Of a stretch of DNA of 54,960 bases, positions 1 through 10,816 are shown one piece after another; the first letter of the stretch is position 1, and every line of letters begins with the position of its first letter. Both the position numbers and the translations under genes were made by a program. This stretch comes from Armatimonadota bacterium. GTDB taxonomy: Bacteria > Sysuimicrobiota > Sysuimicrobiia > Sysuimicrobiales > Kaftiobacteriaceae. Below the pieces are notes generated by a model. It had not been told where the DNA came from. It worked only from the letters and a program-made list of their open reading frames with translations, and made no database searches. The stretch covers positions 1 through 54,960 of the forward strand of contig JBBIUY010000018.1 in NCBI GenBank assembly GCA_037440005.1, read 5' to 3'.

Positions 1-1250
<1,250 letters not shown>

Positions 1251-1259
1251 CCATCCTTT

Positions 1260-1288
1260 ATTGTTGGGAGGAGCGGCCCGCAAATCAA
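1260..1288 (-). promoter_or_regulatory. Putative sigma70 promoter of groEL
   Basis: Minus strand TTGATT-N17-AACAAT just upstream of CIRCE. Confidence 0.5.
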
Positions 1289-1361
1289 GGGGGAAGTGGG
1301 CGCCGGCGGTCCCGGCCGCCGGTGGCCGGGCCCGGCGGGCCTCCCTATACTGGGGGGTGGC

Positions 1362-2084
1362 ATGGCGACCCGGTGGCCGGTCCGGCGCTGGCAGGGGGTC
1401 CTGGCGGTCTTCCTGGGGGCCGTGGGGTTTGCCGCCGTCCTGCAGCTGCGGGCGGGGATGGCGCTGCGCCGCGCCGTGGAACTGCCCACGGTGCGGGTCC
1501 GGGAGCTGGCGGTCCTGGTGCGCCAGCAGCAGGAGGCCCTGGCCGCCCTGCAGGCCGAGGTGGAGGTCCTGCGCCGGACGCTGGCCGAGTACGAGGCAGC
1601 GGCGGTCCAGGGCCGCGTCTCCGCGGACACCCTGGCCCGGGAGGTCCGAGCCTACGAACTGGTCCTGGGGCTGGTGCCGGTGCAGGGCCCCGGCGTGCGG
1701 GTGCGGGTGGACGACTCACGGGCGCAGGGCGGCGTGCTCCCGGCCCGGGTGGAAGCCGCCGACCTCAGCGGCCTGGTCAACGAGCTGTGGGCCGCCGGCG
1801 CCGAGGCGGTGGCGGTGAACGGGAGGCGGATCCTGGCCACCACCGGATTCCGCCAGGACGCCGACGGGCTGAGCGCCGGCGTGTTCCGGCTGCGCCCGCC
1901 GTATGACATCCTCGCCATCGGCAACCCCGACGCCATGCTGGCCGCCCTCAACCTGCGGGGCGGGTTTGTGGACGGCCTGCGGTCGGTGGGGCTGACCGTG
2001 GAGGTGGAGGCCCGGTCCACCCTCACCCTGCCGCCGTACCGGGGCCCGCTGGGCTTCCGCCACGCGGTCCCGGTGGCCCCCTGA
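1362..2084 (+). CDS. DUF881 family protein
   Basis: N-terminal TM helix, coiled coil, then GLVPVQGPGVRVRVDD and LVNELWAAGAEAVAVNGRR motifs. Confidence 0.85.
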   Translation: MATRWPVRRWQGVLAVFLGAVGFAAVLQLRAGMALRRAVELPTVRVRELAVLVRQQQEALAALQAEVEVLRRTLAEYEAAAVQGRVSADTLAREVRAYELVLGLVPVQGPGVRVRVDDSRAQGGVLPARVEAADLSGLVNELWAAGAEAVAVNGRRILATTGFRQDADGLSAGVFRLRPPYDILAIGNPDAMLAALNLRGGFVDGLRSVGLTVEVEARSTLTLPPYRGPLGFRHAVPVAP

Positions 2085-2130
2085 GCACCTGAGGCGGCGC
2101 GGTGCCCGCAGGAGGATCCTGACGGCCGGC

Positions 2131-2811
2131 CTACCGCCCGTTCAGCAGGGCCGCGTGGATTTGCTGGGCGGGGACCACCGCGGCGATGTCCTGGCGGTCC
2201 ACCAGGAATCCCACCACCATCCCCACCAGGAGCCCGTCCGCCGCGTCCACCACCGGCGAGCCGCTGGTGCCGGGAGCGCTGTACAGGGGCAGGGCGACCG
2301 CCGCCGGGTGGTTCTGAAACCGGATCTCCCAGTACACCCGGGGAATATGGGCGTCTGCGACGCGCACGCCGGCGTCGCGGTCGCGCAGGACGTACAGGAC
2401 GCGGAACGGCCCCGAGGGCAGGGGCTTCCAGACGCGCAGGGCGGGCAGCAGGCCGCGGGGAGCCCACAGAGCCATCAGGTCCAGGGCCTCCCAGCGGGCC
2501 ATCCCGGTGGCGTAGACCGCGTCGCCGGTGGAGAACTCCAGGCGGTAGCGGGCGTCGTCCCGGAAGCAGTGGGCGGCGGTGTAGACGGCGCTGCGCGCGG
2601 GCTCGCTCCACCCCACCCACCCGGTGCACGCCCCGCGGCCGCCGGGAAGCTCCACGTCCACCCGGACGGCCACCTGCGCGAGCAGCGTCCCCCAACGATC
2701 GGTCCCCGCGGGCGCAGCGCGGCCCGCCGCGGCCCCGGCCAGCCACGCCAGCGCCACGACCAGCACCGCACCGCCGCTTCCTCGCCGCAGCCGCGGCACA
2801 TTGGATCGCAT
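2131..2811 (-). CDS. Exported trypsin-like (S1) serine protease
   Basis: Signal peptide; triad motifs TAAH, LDLM and GTSGSP. Confidence 0.8.
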   Translation of the reverse strand: MRSNVPRLRRGSGGAVLVVALAWLAGAAAGRAAPAGTDRWGTLLAQVAVRVDVELPGGRGACTGWVGWSEPARSAVYTAAHCFRDDARYRLEFSTGDAVYATGMARWEALDLMALWAPRGLLPALRVWKPLPSGPFRVLYVLRDRDAGVRVADAHIPRVYWEIRFQNHPAAVALPLYSAPGTSGSPVVDAADGLLVGMVVGFLVDRQDIAAVVPAQQIHAALLNGR

Positions 2812-2903
2812 GCCCGCCGCCGCCCCGCCGGTAGACCCGCGCCGGCGGCGGGCGCGGTGGGGAGGTTTGACCCGACGAGTCCGGAACTTCCCCAGGATGT
2901 GCC

Positions 2904-2932
2904 TTGACAGCTGGCTGCGCCCGTGTTAGCTT
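2904..2932 (+). promoter_or_regulatory. Sigma70 promoter
   Basis: TTGACA-N17-TAGCTT with an extended TG. Confidence 0.7.
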
Positions 2933-2936
2933 AAAC

Positions 2937-3097
2937 TCCCGTCTCGACGGACGCCGGCACACCGGGCCGCACGCGAAGACCACCGGACCCGCGGTCCGGT
3001 GCAAGGAGCCGGTTCTTCGGGACGGGATCGGGCGGCTGCGTCGGCCGAGAGACCTCGCTGCAGGTCACTCGGCGGCAGCCGCCCGGCGTTTGTCTTC
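2937..3097 (+). ncRNA. Candidate structured RNA (sRNA or regulatory leader), family not recognised
   Basis: Starts just after the promoter. Stems 2937-2947/3017-3027 and 3030-3039/3075-3084, an alternative pairing 2946-2957/3083-3094, and a T-rich tail. Confidence 0.45.
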
Positions 3098-3163
3098 CGC
3101 GCCTCCGGGAACTTTCCGCCCCGTCCATCCGTCAGGGAGGTGGAATCGGCGGAGGTGGAACCC

Positions 3164-3787
3164 ATGACAGCGGTGCGGGTGGCAGCGATCCTGGCCGTCC
3201 TGATCACTCTGGCGTCCCCCGGCGCGTGGGCGGACCACCGGGACCGGGCGGGGCCCTACGGCCGCATGGTGGTGGACGGCGTGGTGGTCTCGGTGCGCCC
3301 CGAGGCGTCCACGTTCGTCCTGCACGCGGCCCACCCCGCAGACGTCTGGTGGAGAGACCCGCCCTCCCTGATCGTGTGGGTCCAGCGGGGCACGAAGGTC
3401 GCGGGGTGGGACCGCCCCGCCGGACTGCTGGACACGCTGCAGATCGGGGACCGGGTGCGGGTGGACGGGTTCCGCCTGGACGACGGCCGCGTCCTCGCGC
3501 TGGAGGTGGAGGTGCGCGCCCGGGCCGTGCGGGCGCCCGCCCCGGCGGTGGTGGTCGTGCGGGGCGTGGTGGTCGCCCGGGGCCAGGCGCTCATCGTGAT
3601 CGTCGACAGCCGGGGCGCCACCCGCGTGATTTTGGTGGTGGCCACCACCCGCCTGGTGGGCCCGCGGCCCGCCCTGCACCTGGTGCAGCCCCACGACCAG
3701 GTGGTGGTCCTGGGACTGCCCAGCGCCGACGGCACCATCGCCGCCCAGCAGATCCAGGTGGTCGGCACCTCCCCGCCGGGACCCTGA
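3164..3787 (+). CDS. Exported protein with DUF5666-like beta-barrel repeats
   Basis: GGAGG RBS; signal peptide; two repeats of the type L.xGD.V.V.G.....G...A..I.V. Confidence 0.7.
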   Translation: MTAVRVAAILAVLITLASPGAWADHRDRAGPYGRMVVDGVVVSVRPEASTFVLHAAHPADVWWRDPPSLIVWVQRGTKVAGWDRPAGLLDTLQIGDRVRVDGFRLDDGRVLALEVEVRARAVRAPAPAVVVVRGVVVARGQALIVIVDSRGATRVILVVATTRLVGPRPALHLVQPHDQVVVLGLPSADGTIAAQQIQVVGTSPPGP

Positions 3788-3847
3788 CGCCCGGGCCCCC
3801 TCCGCGGTCCCGGCGGGCTCCCGCCGCCGCTTTCCCCGCGCCCGCCC

Positions 3848-3903
3848 TTGCGCCGTCCCGCCGGCGGGGGTACACTGGGTGCCGGATCCCCCCCCAGGGG
3901 GGA
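3848..3903 (+). promoter_or_regulatory. cop operon promoter and putative CsoR operator
   Basis: TTGCGC-N17-TACACT (3848-3876), then a C-tract/G-tract dyad TCCCCCCCCAGGGGGGA (3887-3903) like known CsoR operators. Confidence 0.7.
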
Positions 3904-3917
3904 GGGGAGTGTCGCCC

Positions 3918-4226
3918 ATGACACTGTCAGGCCAGCACCTGCGGCACGGCAGCGAGGACGTCCGGGGCCGGGTGGCCGCGCGGCTGCGCAGCATCGAGGG
4001 CCACGTGCGGGGGGTGACCCGCATGGTGGAGGAGGGGGTCTACTGCATCGACATCATCAAGCAGACCCTGGCCATCCAGCGCGCGCTGGAGAAGGTCAAC
4101 GCGCTGCTGCTGGAGGACCACCTGAAGACCTGCGCCAGCACGGCCATCCGGTCGGCGGACCGGGCGGAGCGGGAACGGACCATCCGCGAGCTGCTGGAGG
4201 TCTTCGAAACCTCGGGCCGGCTGTGA
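3918..4226 (+). CDS. csoR: Copper-sensing repressor CsoR
   Basis: [18 protein letters not shown] and HLKTC give the C-H-C ligand set; upstream of copA. Confidence 0.92.
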   Translation: MTLSGQHLRHGSEDVRGRVAARLRSIEGHVRGVTRMVEEGVYCIDIIKQTLAIQRALEKVNALLLEDHLKTCASTAIRSADRAERERTIRELLEVFETSGRL

Positions 4227-4264
4227 GGGCGCAGGTCCGGGAGGGTACGGCGAGGAGGGAGGCG

Positions 4265-6829
4265 ATGACGTCGCGGGTGACGCTGCCCATCGAGGGGATG
4301 TCCTGCGCGTCCTGCGTGGCCAACGTGGAAGGGGCTCTCCGGGCGCTGCCGGGCGTGCGGGCGGTGCGGGTGAGCCTGGCCACCGAACACGCCACCGTGG
4401 ACTACGACCCCGCCTCGGTGGACCTGAGCGCCATGCGCCGCGCGGTGGAGGAGATCGGCTACGGCCTGCGGACGGCCACCGTCCACCTGCGCGTGACGGG
4501 CATGAGTTGCGCGTCCTGCGTGGAGAACGTGCGCGGGGCGCTGGCCCGGCTGCCCGGCGTGCTGGCCGTCTCGGTGAACCTCGCCACCGAGACCGCCCGG
4601 GTGGACTACCTGCCCGGGACGGTCCAGGTGCGGGAGATGCTGGCGGCGGTGCGGGAGGTCGGCTACGGCGCCGAGGAAAAGCTGGAGGGGGCGGCGGCTG
4701 TGGACCGGGAACAGGAGGCCCGCCGCCGCGAGATCCGCCGCCAGCGCCTCAACCTCCTGGTGGCCACGCCCCTGGCCCTCCTGGTCATGCTCGGGACCTT
4801 CCAGCCCTACGGCGTCCTCTCCCGGATCGTGCCCGCCTTCCTGCACGCCAAGCCGGTGCTGTTCCTGCTCACGACCCCCCTGGTGGCGGGCCCCGGGGCC
4901 CAGTTCTTCGCGCACTCGTTCGCCGGGCTGCGCCGCGGGGTCACGGACATGAACCTCCTCTACGCCACCGGGATCGGGGCGGCCTACCTCATCGCGGTGG
5001 TGAACACCTTCTGGCCCCAGGCCGGGTTCGGCGGCCCGCAGGCCACCTTCTACGAGGCCGCGGCGCTGCTGACGTGGTTCATCCTCCTGGGCCGCTACCT
5101 GGAGGCCGTCACCCGGGGCCGGGCGTCGGAGGCCATCCGGCGGCTCATGCGGCTGCAGCCGCGCCGGGCCCGGGTGGTGCGGGACGGCCGGGAGGTGGAG
5201 GTCTCGGTGGAGGAGGTGGAGGTGGGCGACGTGCTGGTGGTCCGGCCCGGGGAGCAGATTCCCGTGGACGGCGTCGTCCTGGACGGCTACTCGGCGGTGG
5301 ACCAGTCCATGATCACCGGCGAGAGCCTGCCCGTGGAGAAGCAGCCCGGGGACGAGGTCATCGGCGGGACGCTCAACAGGACCGGCTCGTTCACCTTCCG
5401 CGCCACCCGGGTGGGTCGCGACACGGCCCTGGCGCAGATCATCCGGCTGGTGGAGGAGGCGCAGACCTCCAAGGCGCCCATCCAGAAGCTGGCCGACGTC
5501 GTGGCGGGCCGGTTCATCTTCTGGGTGCACGTGCTCGCGCTGGCGACCTTCGCCTTCTGGTACTTCGTGGGCTACGACCTGTGGTTCAGTCCCCTGACGC
5601 GCCTGATGCTCACCCCCTACGCGCTCTCGGGCGCCAGCGCCGTGGGGTTCGCGGTGCTGGTGAGCATCGCGGTGCTCGTCATCTCCTGCCCCTGCGCGGT
5701 GGGGTTGGCGACCCCCGCGGCCATGATGGCGGGCACCGGGAAGGCGGCGGAGTTCGGCATCCTCTTCAAGGGCGCCGACGCGGTGGAGAACCTGTCGAAG
5801 GTGCAGGTGGTGGTGTTCGACAAGACGGGCACGCTGACCGCAGGAGTTCCGTCGGTGACCGACGTAGTGGCCGCGGGGCTGCCCGAGGACGAGCTGCTGC
5901 GCCTGGCCGCGGCCGCGGAGTCACGCTCCGAGCACCCGTTGGGGGAGGCTGTGGTCCGGGCCGCCCGGCAGCGGTCTCTGGCCCTTCCCGACCCCGACGA
6001 GTTCCAGGCGGTGCCGGGCCGCGGGGTGGTGGCCGCGGTGGAGGGCCGCCAGGTCCTGCTGGGCAACCGCCTCCTCCTGGCCGAGCGGGGAGTCCCGGTG
6101 GGGGAGCTGGCGGGGCGGGCGGAGGAGCTGGAGGCGCAGGGCAAGACCGCCATGTTCGTGGCGGTGGACGGGCGCCCGGCGGGCCTCCTAGCCGTGGCGG
6201 ACACCCTGCGGGAAACCACGCCCGTCGCGGTCCGGGAGCTGCAGCGGATGGGGATCCGGGTGGCCATGCTCACGGGCGACAACCGCCGCACCGCCCGGGC
6301 CATCGCCCGGCAGCTGGGCATGGATGAGGTGCTGGCCGAGGTGCTGCCGGCCGACAAGGCGGCGGAGATCGCGCGCCTGCAGTCCCAGGGCTTCCGGGTG
6401 GCCATGGTGGGCGACGGGATCAACGACGCCCCGGCCCTCGCCCGGGCGGACGTGGGGATCGCCATGGGGGCGGGGACGGACGTGGCCAAGGAGACCGGCC
6501 ACGTGGTGCTGGTGAAGGACGACCTGCTGGACGTGGTGGCCGCGGTCCAGATCGCCCGCGCCACCATGGGTCTGGTGAGGCAGAACCTGTTCTGGGCCTT
6601 CGCCTACAACACCGCGGCCATCCCCCTGGCCTTCGGCATCCTGTATCCGGTCCTGCGCCAGATCGTCAGCCCGGAGCTCGCGGCGGTCCTCATGGCCACC
6701 AGCTCCCTGTCGGTCACGCTGAACACCCAGCGGATGCGGGGGTACGTCCCGCCGGTGCGCCGGCGGTACCGGACGGCCGCGCCCGCGCCGCTGCCGGCGA
6801 CGCCCACGCCGGCTCCGGCGGGGAGGTGA
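4265..6829 (+). CDS. copA: Cu(I)-exporting P1B-type ATPase
   Basis: Two GMSCASC HMA domains; TGES, CPC, DKTGT, SEHP, GDGIND, YN and MxxSS motifs. Confidence 0.97.
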   Translation: MTSRVTLPIEGMSCASCVANVEGALRALPGVRAVRVSLATEHATVDYDPASVDLSAMRRAVEEIGYGLRTATVHLRVTGMSCASCVENVRGALARLPGVLAVSVNLATETARVDYLPGTVQVREMLAAVREVGYGAEEKLEGAAAVDREQEARRREIRRQRLNLLVATPLALLVMLGTFQPYGVLSRIVPAFLHAKPVLFLLTTPLVAGPGAQFFAHSFAGLRRGVTDMNLLYATGIGAAYLIAVVNTFWPQAGFGGPQATFYEAAALLTWFILLGRYLEAVTRGRASEAIRRLMRLQPRRARVVRDGREVEVSVEEVEVGDVLVVRPGEQIPVDGVVLDGYSAVDQSMITGESLPVEKQPGDEVIGGTLNRTGSFTFRATRVGRDTALAQIIRLVEEAQTSKAPIQKLADVVAGRFIFWVHVLALATFAFWYFVGYDLWFSPLTRLMLTPYALSGASAVGFAVLVSIAVLVISCPCAVGLATPAAMMAGTGKAAEFGILFKGADAVENLSKVQVVVFDKTGTLTAGVPSVTDVVAAGLPEDELLRLAAAAESRSEHPLGEAVVRAARQRSLALPDPDEFQAVPGRGVVAAVEGRQVLLGNRLLLAERGVPVGELAGRAEELEAQGKTAMFVAVDGRPAGLLAVADTLRETTPVAVRELQRMGIRVAMLTGDNRRTARAIARQLGMDEVLAEVLPADKAAEIARLQSQGFRVAMVGDGINDAPALARADVGIAMGAGTDVAKETGHVVLVKDDLLDVVAAVQIARATMGLVRQNLFWAFAYNTAAIPLAFGILYPVLRQIVSPELAAVLMATSSLSVTLNTQRMRGYVPPVRRRYRTAAPAPLPATPTPAPAGR

Positions 6830-6835
6830 ACGACG

Positions 6836-7054
6836 GTGCAGAACGCGCCCCGCGATCCTTCGACCACGGGGGCCGCCGTGTCCGTGGGACTCTCCCTGCT
6901 GGCGGCCCTGGCCTTCATGGGCCTGGCCACCCTGACGGGGGAGACGTCCTGGGCCGGCCGCCTCGTGGGCGCCGTCTGGGTGTTCCTCCTGACGGCCATC
7001 ATCCTCATGCCGGTGATCGTCCCGCGCGTCCGCGCCCGCGCGGGCCGGCGGTGA
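6836..7054 (+). CDS. Small two-TM hypothetical membrane protein in the cop operon
   Basis: GGAGG RBS, two hydrophobic segments; lies between copA and copZ. Confidence 0.6.
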   Translation: MQNAPRDPSTTGAAVSVGLSLLAALAFMGLATLTGETSWAGRLVGAVWVFLLTAIILMPVIVPRVRARAGRR

Positions 7055-7109
7055 CCGGCGGCGGCCGTCCCGCAGCGGCGCGGAGGCGACGGGGAAAGGA
7101 GGAGGGACG

Positions 7110-7313
7110 ATGCAGGTCACGTTGAAGGTGCCGCGGATCCACTGCAGCGGCTGCGTCCGCACGGTGACCCAGGCCCTGGGAAAGCTGCCGGGGGTGCGGA
7201 CGGTGGAGGCCAGCGAGACCACGAAGGAAGTGCGGCTGGAGTTCGACCCGGCGCAGGTCAGCGAGGAGAAGATCCGCTCCACCCTGGCGCTGATCGGGTA
7301 TCCGGCGGCCTGA
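7110..7313 (+). CDS. copZ: Copper chaperone (HMA domain)
   Basis: 67 aa with IHCSGC motif and a strong RBS. Confidence 0.88.
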   Translation: MQVTLKVPRIHCSGCVRTVTQALGKLPGVRTVEASETTKEVRLEFDPAQVSEEKIRSTLALIGYPAA

Positions 7314-7401
7314 GCGCCGTGGGGGGTCCGGACGGCGGCCGCCGCCTGTCGGCGAGGGCAGGGCCGGATCCCCGATCCCGCGGTGCTATAATCAGGCCGG
7401 C

Positions 7402-7477
7402 GCGCCCGTAGCTCAACGGACAGAGCGGCAGGCTTCGAACCTGTAGGCTGGGGGTTCGACTCCCTCCGGGCGCGCCA
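7402..7477 (+). tRNA. tRNA-Arg (anticodon TCG)
   Basis: Full cloverleaf: acceptor GCGCCCG/CGGGCGC, anticodon arm GCAGG-CTTCGAA-CCTGT, TTCGA loop, encoded CCA. TGcTATAAT promoter at 7384-7392. Confidence 0.95.
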
Positions 7478-7566
7478 GCGCCGTCGCCGGCATCCCCGGC
7501 AGGTCCCCCGGACCCGGAAAGTGCCCCCTGGCGCATCTCAGAGGTCCCGGGCCCGGCCCGGTCGGG

Positions 7567-8640
7567 TCATCGGGGCGGGGGGAGGACGGTCCACAGGAGG
7601 GTCCGGGCGTACGCCAGGGTCTGCTCGACCGCCTGAGGGTCCACGTTGTCCAGGGTGTCCGTCGGCCAGTGCCAGTGGGGCGGGACCCCGCGCTCCAGGC
7701 GCACCAGGGTCAGGCACCGATAGCCGGCGCGGACCAGGGGGAGGGTGTCGAAGTAGGCCAGCCGGTACTGCACCGGCACGGCGCCGTCCAGCCGCCGCGC
7801 CGCGTCCACCAGCGCCCCGGAGGAGCGGTGCAGCCGCAGCATCCCCTCCGCCTCGGCGTAGTGCAGCTGACCTCGGCCGACGTTGTCGATGTTGAGGACG
7901 AGGGTGTCCCGGGGCGGGGGCAAATCTTTCAGCAGCGCCCGGGCCCCGCGCGCCCCCACCTCCTCCGACCCGGTGAGGGCCAGCCACAGCTCCACTCCGG
8001 GCGGCAGGCGAGGAGCGGTGTCCAGGAACAGCTGCACGGCCACCGCCACCCCGCTGGCGTTGTCGTTGGCGCCGTTGACATAGGGCGCCGTCCACTCCCG
8101 GTGCCACAGCAGCGCCGCCTGCAGGAGGAAGAACAGACCCACCGGCCGGCTGAGAAGGGGAGAGGCCGCCGCCAGCAGGGGGAGCGCGGTGGCCAGGACG
8201 GCCTGCAGGACGAACGTCCGCCGGAACCCGTGCACCCGGCGCGGGTGGTAGAGGAAGAACGTCTTGGCCGTGTCATAGTGGGCCAGCAGCACGATCCGGC
8301 GGTCGCCGCGGCCCGCCCGGGCGAGGAGGTTGTGGGAGACGTGGGGGGCGAACAGGGCGTCCCAGGGCGTGCCCCACCCGTCGAAGTAGGCCCAGAACCA
8401 GTACGCCCCCAGCAGGGCCAGCCAGGGCTGGGGCTGGACGCCTCCCAGGCCCAGCAGCAGGCCGATGACCAGCAGTTCCCACCCGTAGGTCCGGGGAGCG
8501 CGGAACCGTCGGACCTCCGCCGGATACCCCCGCTCGGCCAGGTAGGCCGCGAGCATCTCCGCGGCCCGGTGCTCCGCATCGGTGGCGCTGCCCCGGTGGG
8601 GGAGCGCGGACAGGGTCCGGAGCAGGTCCAGCGGGCTCAG
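7567..8640 (-). CDS. Membrane M28 family metallopeptidase (start uncertain)
   Basis: PHRGSAT, LLAHYDT, GANDNASG, SEEVG and LNIDNVG motifs, plus TM segments. Confidence 0.85.
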   Translation of the reverse strand: MSPLDLLRTLSALPHRGSATDAEHRAAEMLAAYLAERGYPAEVRRFRAPRTYGWELLVIGLLLGLGGVQPQPWLALLGAYWFWAYFDGWGTPWDALFAPHVSHNLLARAGRGDRRIVLLAHYDTAKTFFLYHPRRVHGFRRTFVLQAVLATALPLLAAASPLLSRPVGLFFLLQAALLWHREWTAPYVNGANDNASGVAVAVQLFLDTAPRLPPGVELWLALTGSEEVGARGARALLKDLPPPRDTLVLNIDNVGRGQLHYAEAEGMLRLHRSSGALVDAARRLDGAVPVQYRLAYFDTLPLVRAGYRCLTLVRLERGVPPHWHWPTDTLDNVDPQAVEQTLAYARTLLWTVLPPPR

Positions 8641-9206
8641 GCCAGCACCAGCCGGCCGTCGCTCATGTCGGTGACGACCGCCAGGGACTCGACGGGGACG
8701 CCCAGGCGGCTCAGGGCGGCGCGGCCGCCTTCGAAGGACTTCTCGATCACCGCCCCCACGCCCACCACGACGGCGCCGGCGGCCTGGGCCAGCCGGGCCA
8801 GGCCCAGGATGGTCTGGCCGGTGGCCAGGAAGTCGTCCACGATCAGCACCCGGTCGCCGGAGCCCAGGTACTCGGGGGAAACGATGAGCTCCACCATCTG
8901 GCCCCGGGTGTGGGAGGGGGCGACGGTGAGCAGCACCTGGTCCGGCATCGTCACCGGGCGGCTGCGGCGGGCATACACCAGGGGGACCCGCAGGTGCAGG
9001 GCGGTGGTCACCGCCGGCGCGATCCCCGAGATCTCCGCCGTGAGGACCTTGGTGGCTCCCACCCCGGCAAAGCGCGCGGCCAGCTCGCGCCCGCAGGCGT
9101 CCATCAGCACGGGATCCACCTGGTGGTTGAGAAAGCTGTCCACCTTGAGGATCCCGCGGCCCAGATTGCGCCCTTCCTGCAGAATCCGCTCGCGCAGCGC
9201 CTGCAC
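8637..9206 (-). CDS. xpt: Xanthine phosphoribosyltransferase
   Basis: ILKVDSFLNHQVDP, PRPP motif VLIVDDFLATG, IEKSF; GTG start with GGAGG; 189 aa. Confidence 0.95.
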   Translation of the reverse strand: MQALRERILQEGRNLGRGILKVDSFLNHQVDPVLMDACGRELAARFAGVGATKVLTAEISGIAPAVTTALHLRVPLVYARRSRPVTMPDQVLLTVAPSHTRGQMVELIVSPEYLGSGDRVLIVDDFLATGQTILGLARLAQAAGAVVVGVGAVIEKSFEGGRAALSRLGVPVESLAVVTDMSDGRLVLA

Positions 9207-9397
9207 CGCGGCCTCCCCGGGAGCCGTCCCCCTCCCGGCGACACCCGCCGGGGTGCTCCCCCGGACGGGCCGTGTGGATGTTCCGCCCCGCCCGGCCGGT
9301 TCCCTGTCGCCGGCGGCCGTCTGGCGGGCGGGCCCGGGCGGGCAGGAGACAGGCGGACCCCGGGAGCGCGCCGGCCCGGGGCCGCGCGGGGAACGCC

Positions 9398-10462
9398 GTG
9401 GACATCGTGGAGCTGCTGACCCTGGCCCGACAGCGGCAGGCATCGGACCTGCACATCAAGGTGGGCAACCACCCCATCGTCCGGGTGAACGGCCGCCTCC
9501 TGCCCCTGACCGACCTGCCGGTCCTGGACGCCGCCGCCGCCCGGGCCCTCATCGAGAGCATGATGACCGACGAGCAGCGCGCCCACTTCCGCAAGCACCT
9601 GGAGCTGGACTTCGCCTACAGCGTCGCGGGGGTGTCCCGGTTCCGGGTCAACGTCTACCAGCAGCGGGGGTCCATCGGGGCCGCCATCCGCGCCATCCCC
9701 ATGGGCGTCCCCACCCTGGAGGACCTGGGTCTGCCCGACGTGGTCCGCCGCCTGGCCGCCCTGCCCCGGGGCCTGGTCCTGGTGACCGGCCCCACCGGCA
9801 GCGGCAAGTCCACCACCCTGGCGGCCATGATCCACCACATCAACCAGACCCGGGCCGTCCACATCGTGACCATCGAAGACCCCATCGAGTACCTCCACAA
9901 GGACATCCGCAGCGTCATCAACCAGCGGGAGGTGGGCATGGACACCCACTCGTTTGCCACCGCCCTGCGCCACGTGCTGCGCCAGGACCCCGACGTGATC
10001 CTCATCGGCGAGATGCGCGACCTGGAGACCATCGCCACCGCCATCACCGCGGCCGAGACCGGCCACCTGGTGCTGGCCACCCTCCACACCCAGAGCGCCG
10101 CCCAGACGGTGGACCGGATCGTCGACGTCTTCCCGCCCCACCAGCAGGCCCAGATCCGCACCCAGCTGTCGGTGGCCCTGGAGGGTGTGATCTCCCAGAC
10201 CCTCATTCCCCTGGCGTCGGGGTCCGGACGGGTGGCGGCCGTCGAGGTGATGGTGGCCACCGGGGCGATCCGCAACCTCATCCGGGAAGGCAAGACCTAC
10301 CAGATCCCCTCGGCGATCATGTCGGGGGCCCGGGAGGGCATGCAGACGCTCAACCAGGCCCTGCGGGCCCTGGTGGAGCAGAAGAAGGTGACCTACGAGG
10401 ACGCCGCGGCCAAGTCGCCCAACGAGAAAGAGCTGGCCCAGCTGCTGGGGCAGGCGTCGTAG
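9398..10462 (+). CDS. pilT: Type IV pilus retraction ATPase
   Basis: ASDLH, GPTGSGKST, TIEDPIE, LRQDPD, TLH and AIRNLIRE motifs. Confidence 0.96.
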   Translation: MDIVELLTLARQRQASDLHIKVGNHPIVRVNGRLLPLTDLPVLDAAAARALIESMMTDEQRAHFRKHLELDFAYSVAGVSRFRVNVYQQRGSIGAAIRAIPMGVPTLEDLGLPDVVRRLAALPRGLVLVTGPTGSGKSTTLAAMIHHINQTRAVHIVTIEDPIEYLHKDIRSVINQREVGMDTHSFATALRHVLRQDPDVILIGEMRDLETIATAITAAETGHLVLATLHTQSAAQTVDRIVDVFPPHQQAQIRTQLSVALEGVISQTLIPLASGSGRVAAVEVMVATGAIRNLIREGKTYQIPSAIMSGAREGMQTLNQALRALVEQKKVTYEDAAAKSPNEKELAQLLGQAS

Positions 10463-10524
10463 GCCCGCCCGCCCCGGTCCTTCTGGCCTCGTCCCCCGTT
10501 GTGTATAATGTCTACCGGACCGGC

Positions 10525-10600
10525 GGGCCGGTAGCTCAACTGGTAGAGCAGCGGACTCTTAATCCGCGGGTTGAGGGTTCGAGTCCCCCCCGGCCCCCCA
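10525..10600 (+). tRNA. tRNA-Lys (anticodon CTT)
   Basis: Cloverleaf with GCGGA-CTCTTAA-TCCGC anticodon arm and a CCA end. TATAAT at 10504-10509. Confidence 0.93.
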
Positions 10601-10607
10601 CGGAGGA

Positions 10608-10678
10608 GGGAAAAGGGAAAAAGGAAAAGGGAAAAGGGTCGTCCCTTTTTCCCTTTTCCCTATTCCTTTTTCCCTTTT
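10608..10678. repeat. Heptamer tandem repeats forming an inverted repeat
   Basis: (GGGAAAA)x~4, GGG-TCGT-CCC, then (TTTTCCC)x~4. Confidence 0.85.
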
Positions 10679-10682
10679 GCGG

Positions 10683-10769
10683 GCGGGCGTGGCGGAATCC
10701 GGCAGACGCGCAGGACTTAGGATCCTGTGGGGTCACCCCGTGGGGGTTCAACTCCCTCCGCCCGCACCA
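10683..10769 (+). tRNA. tRNA-Leu (anticodon TAG)
   Basis: Acceptor GCGGGCG/CGCCCGC, anticodon arm CAGGA-CTTAGGA-TCCTG, long variable arm, ACCA end. Confidence 0.95.
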
Positions 10770-10816
10770 GGCCGGGACCCGCCGGGACGGGGGAGCCGCG
10801 ACGGGATGGCAGACCG

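Noticed and set aside
3105..3118. Minus-strand GGAAAGTTCC resembling RNase P RNA
   Set aside because: Other conserved RNase P elements are absent; an ECF-type -35 on the plus strand fits better.
7402..10769. tRNA genes as integration sites of an island
   Set aside because: No integrase, no duplicated tRNA 3' end seen, and the flanking genes are housekeeping.
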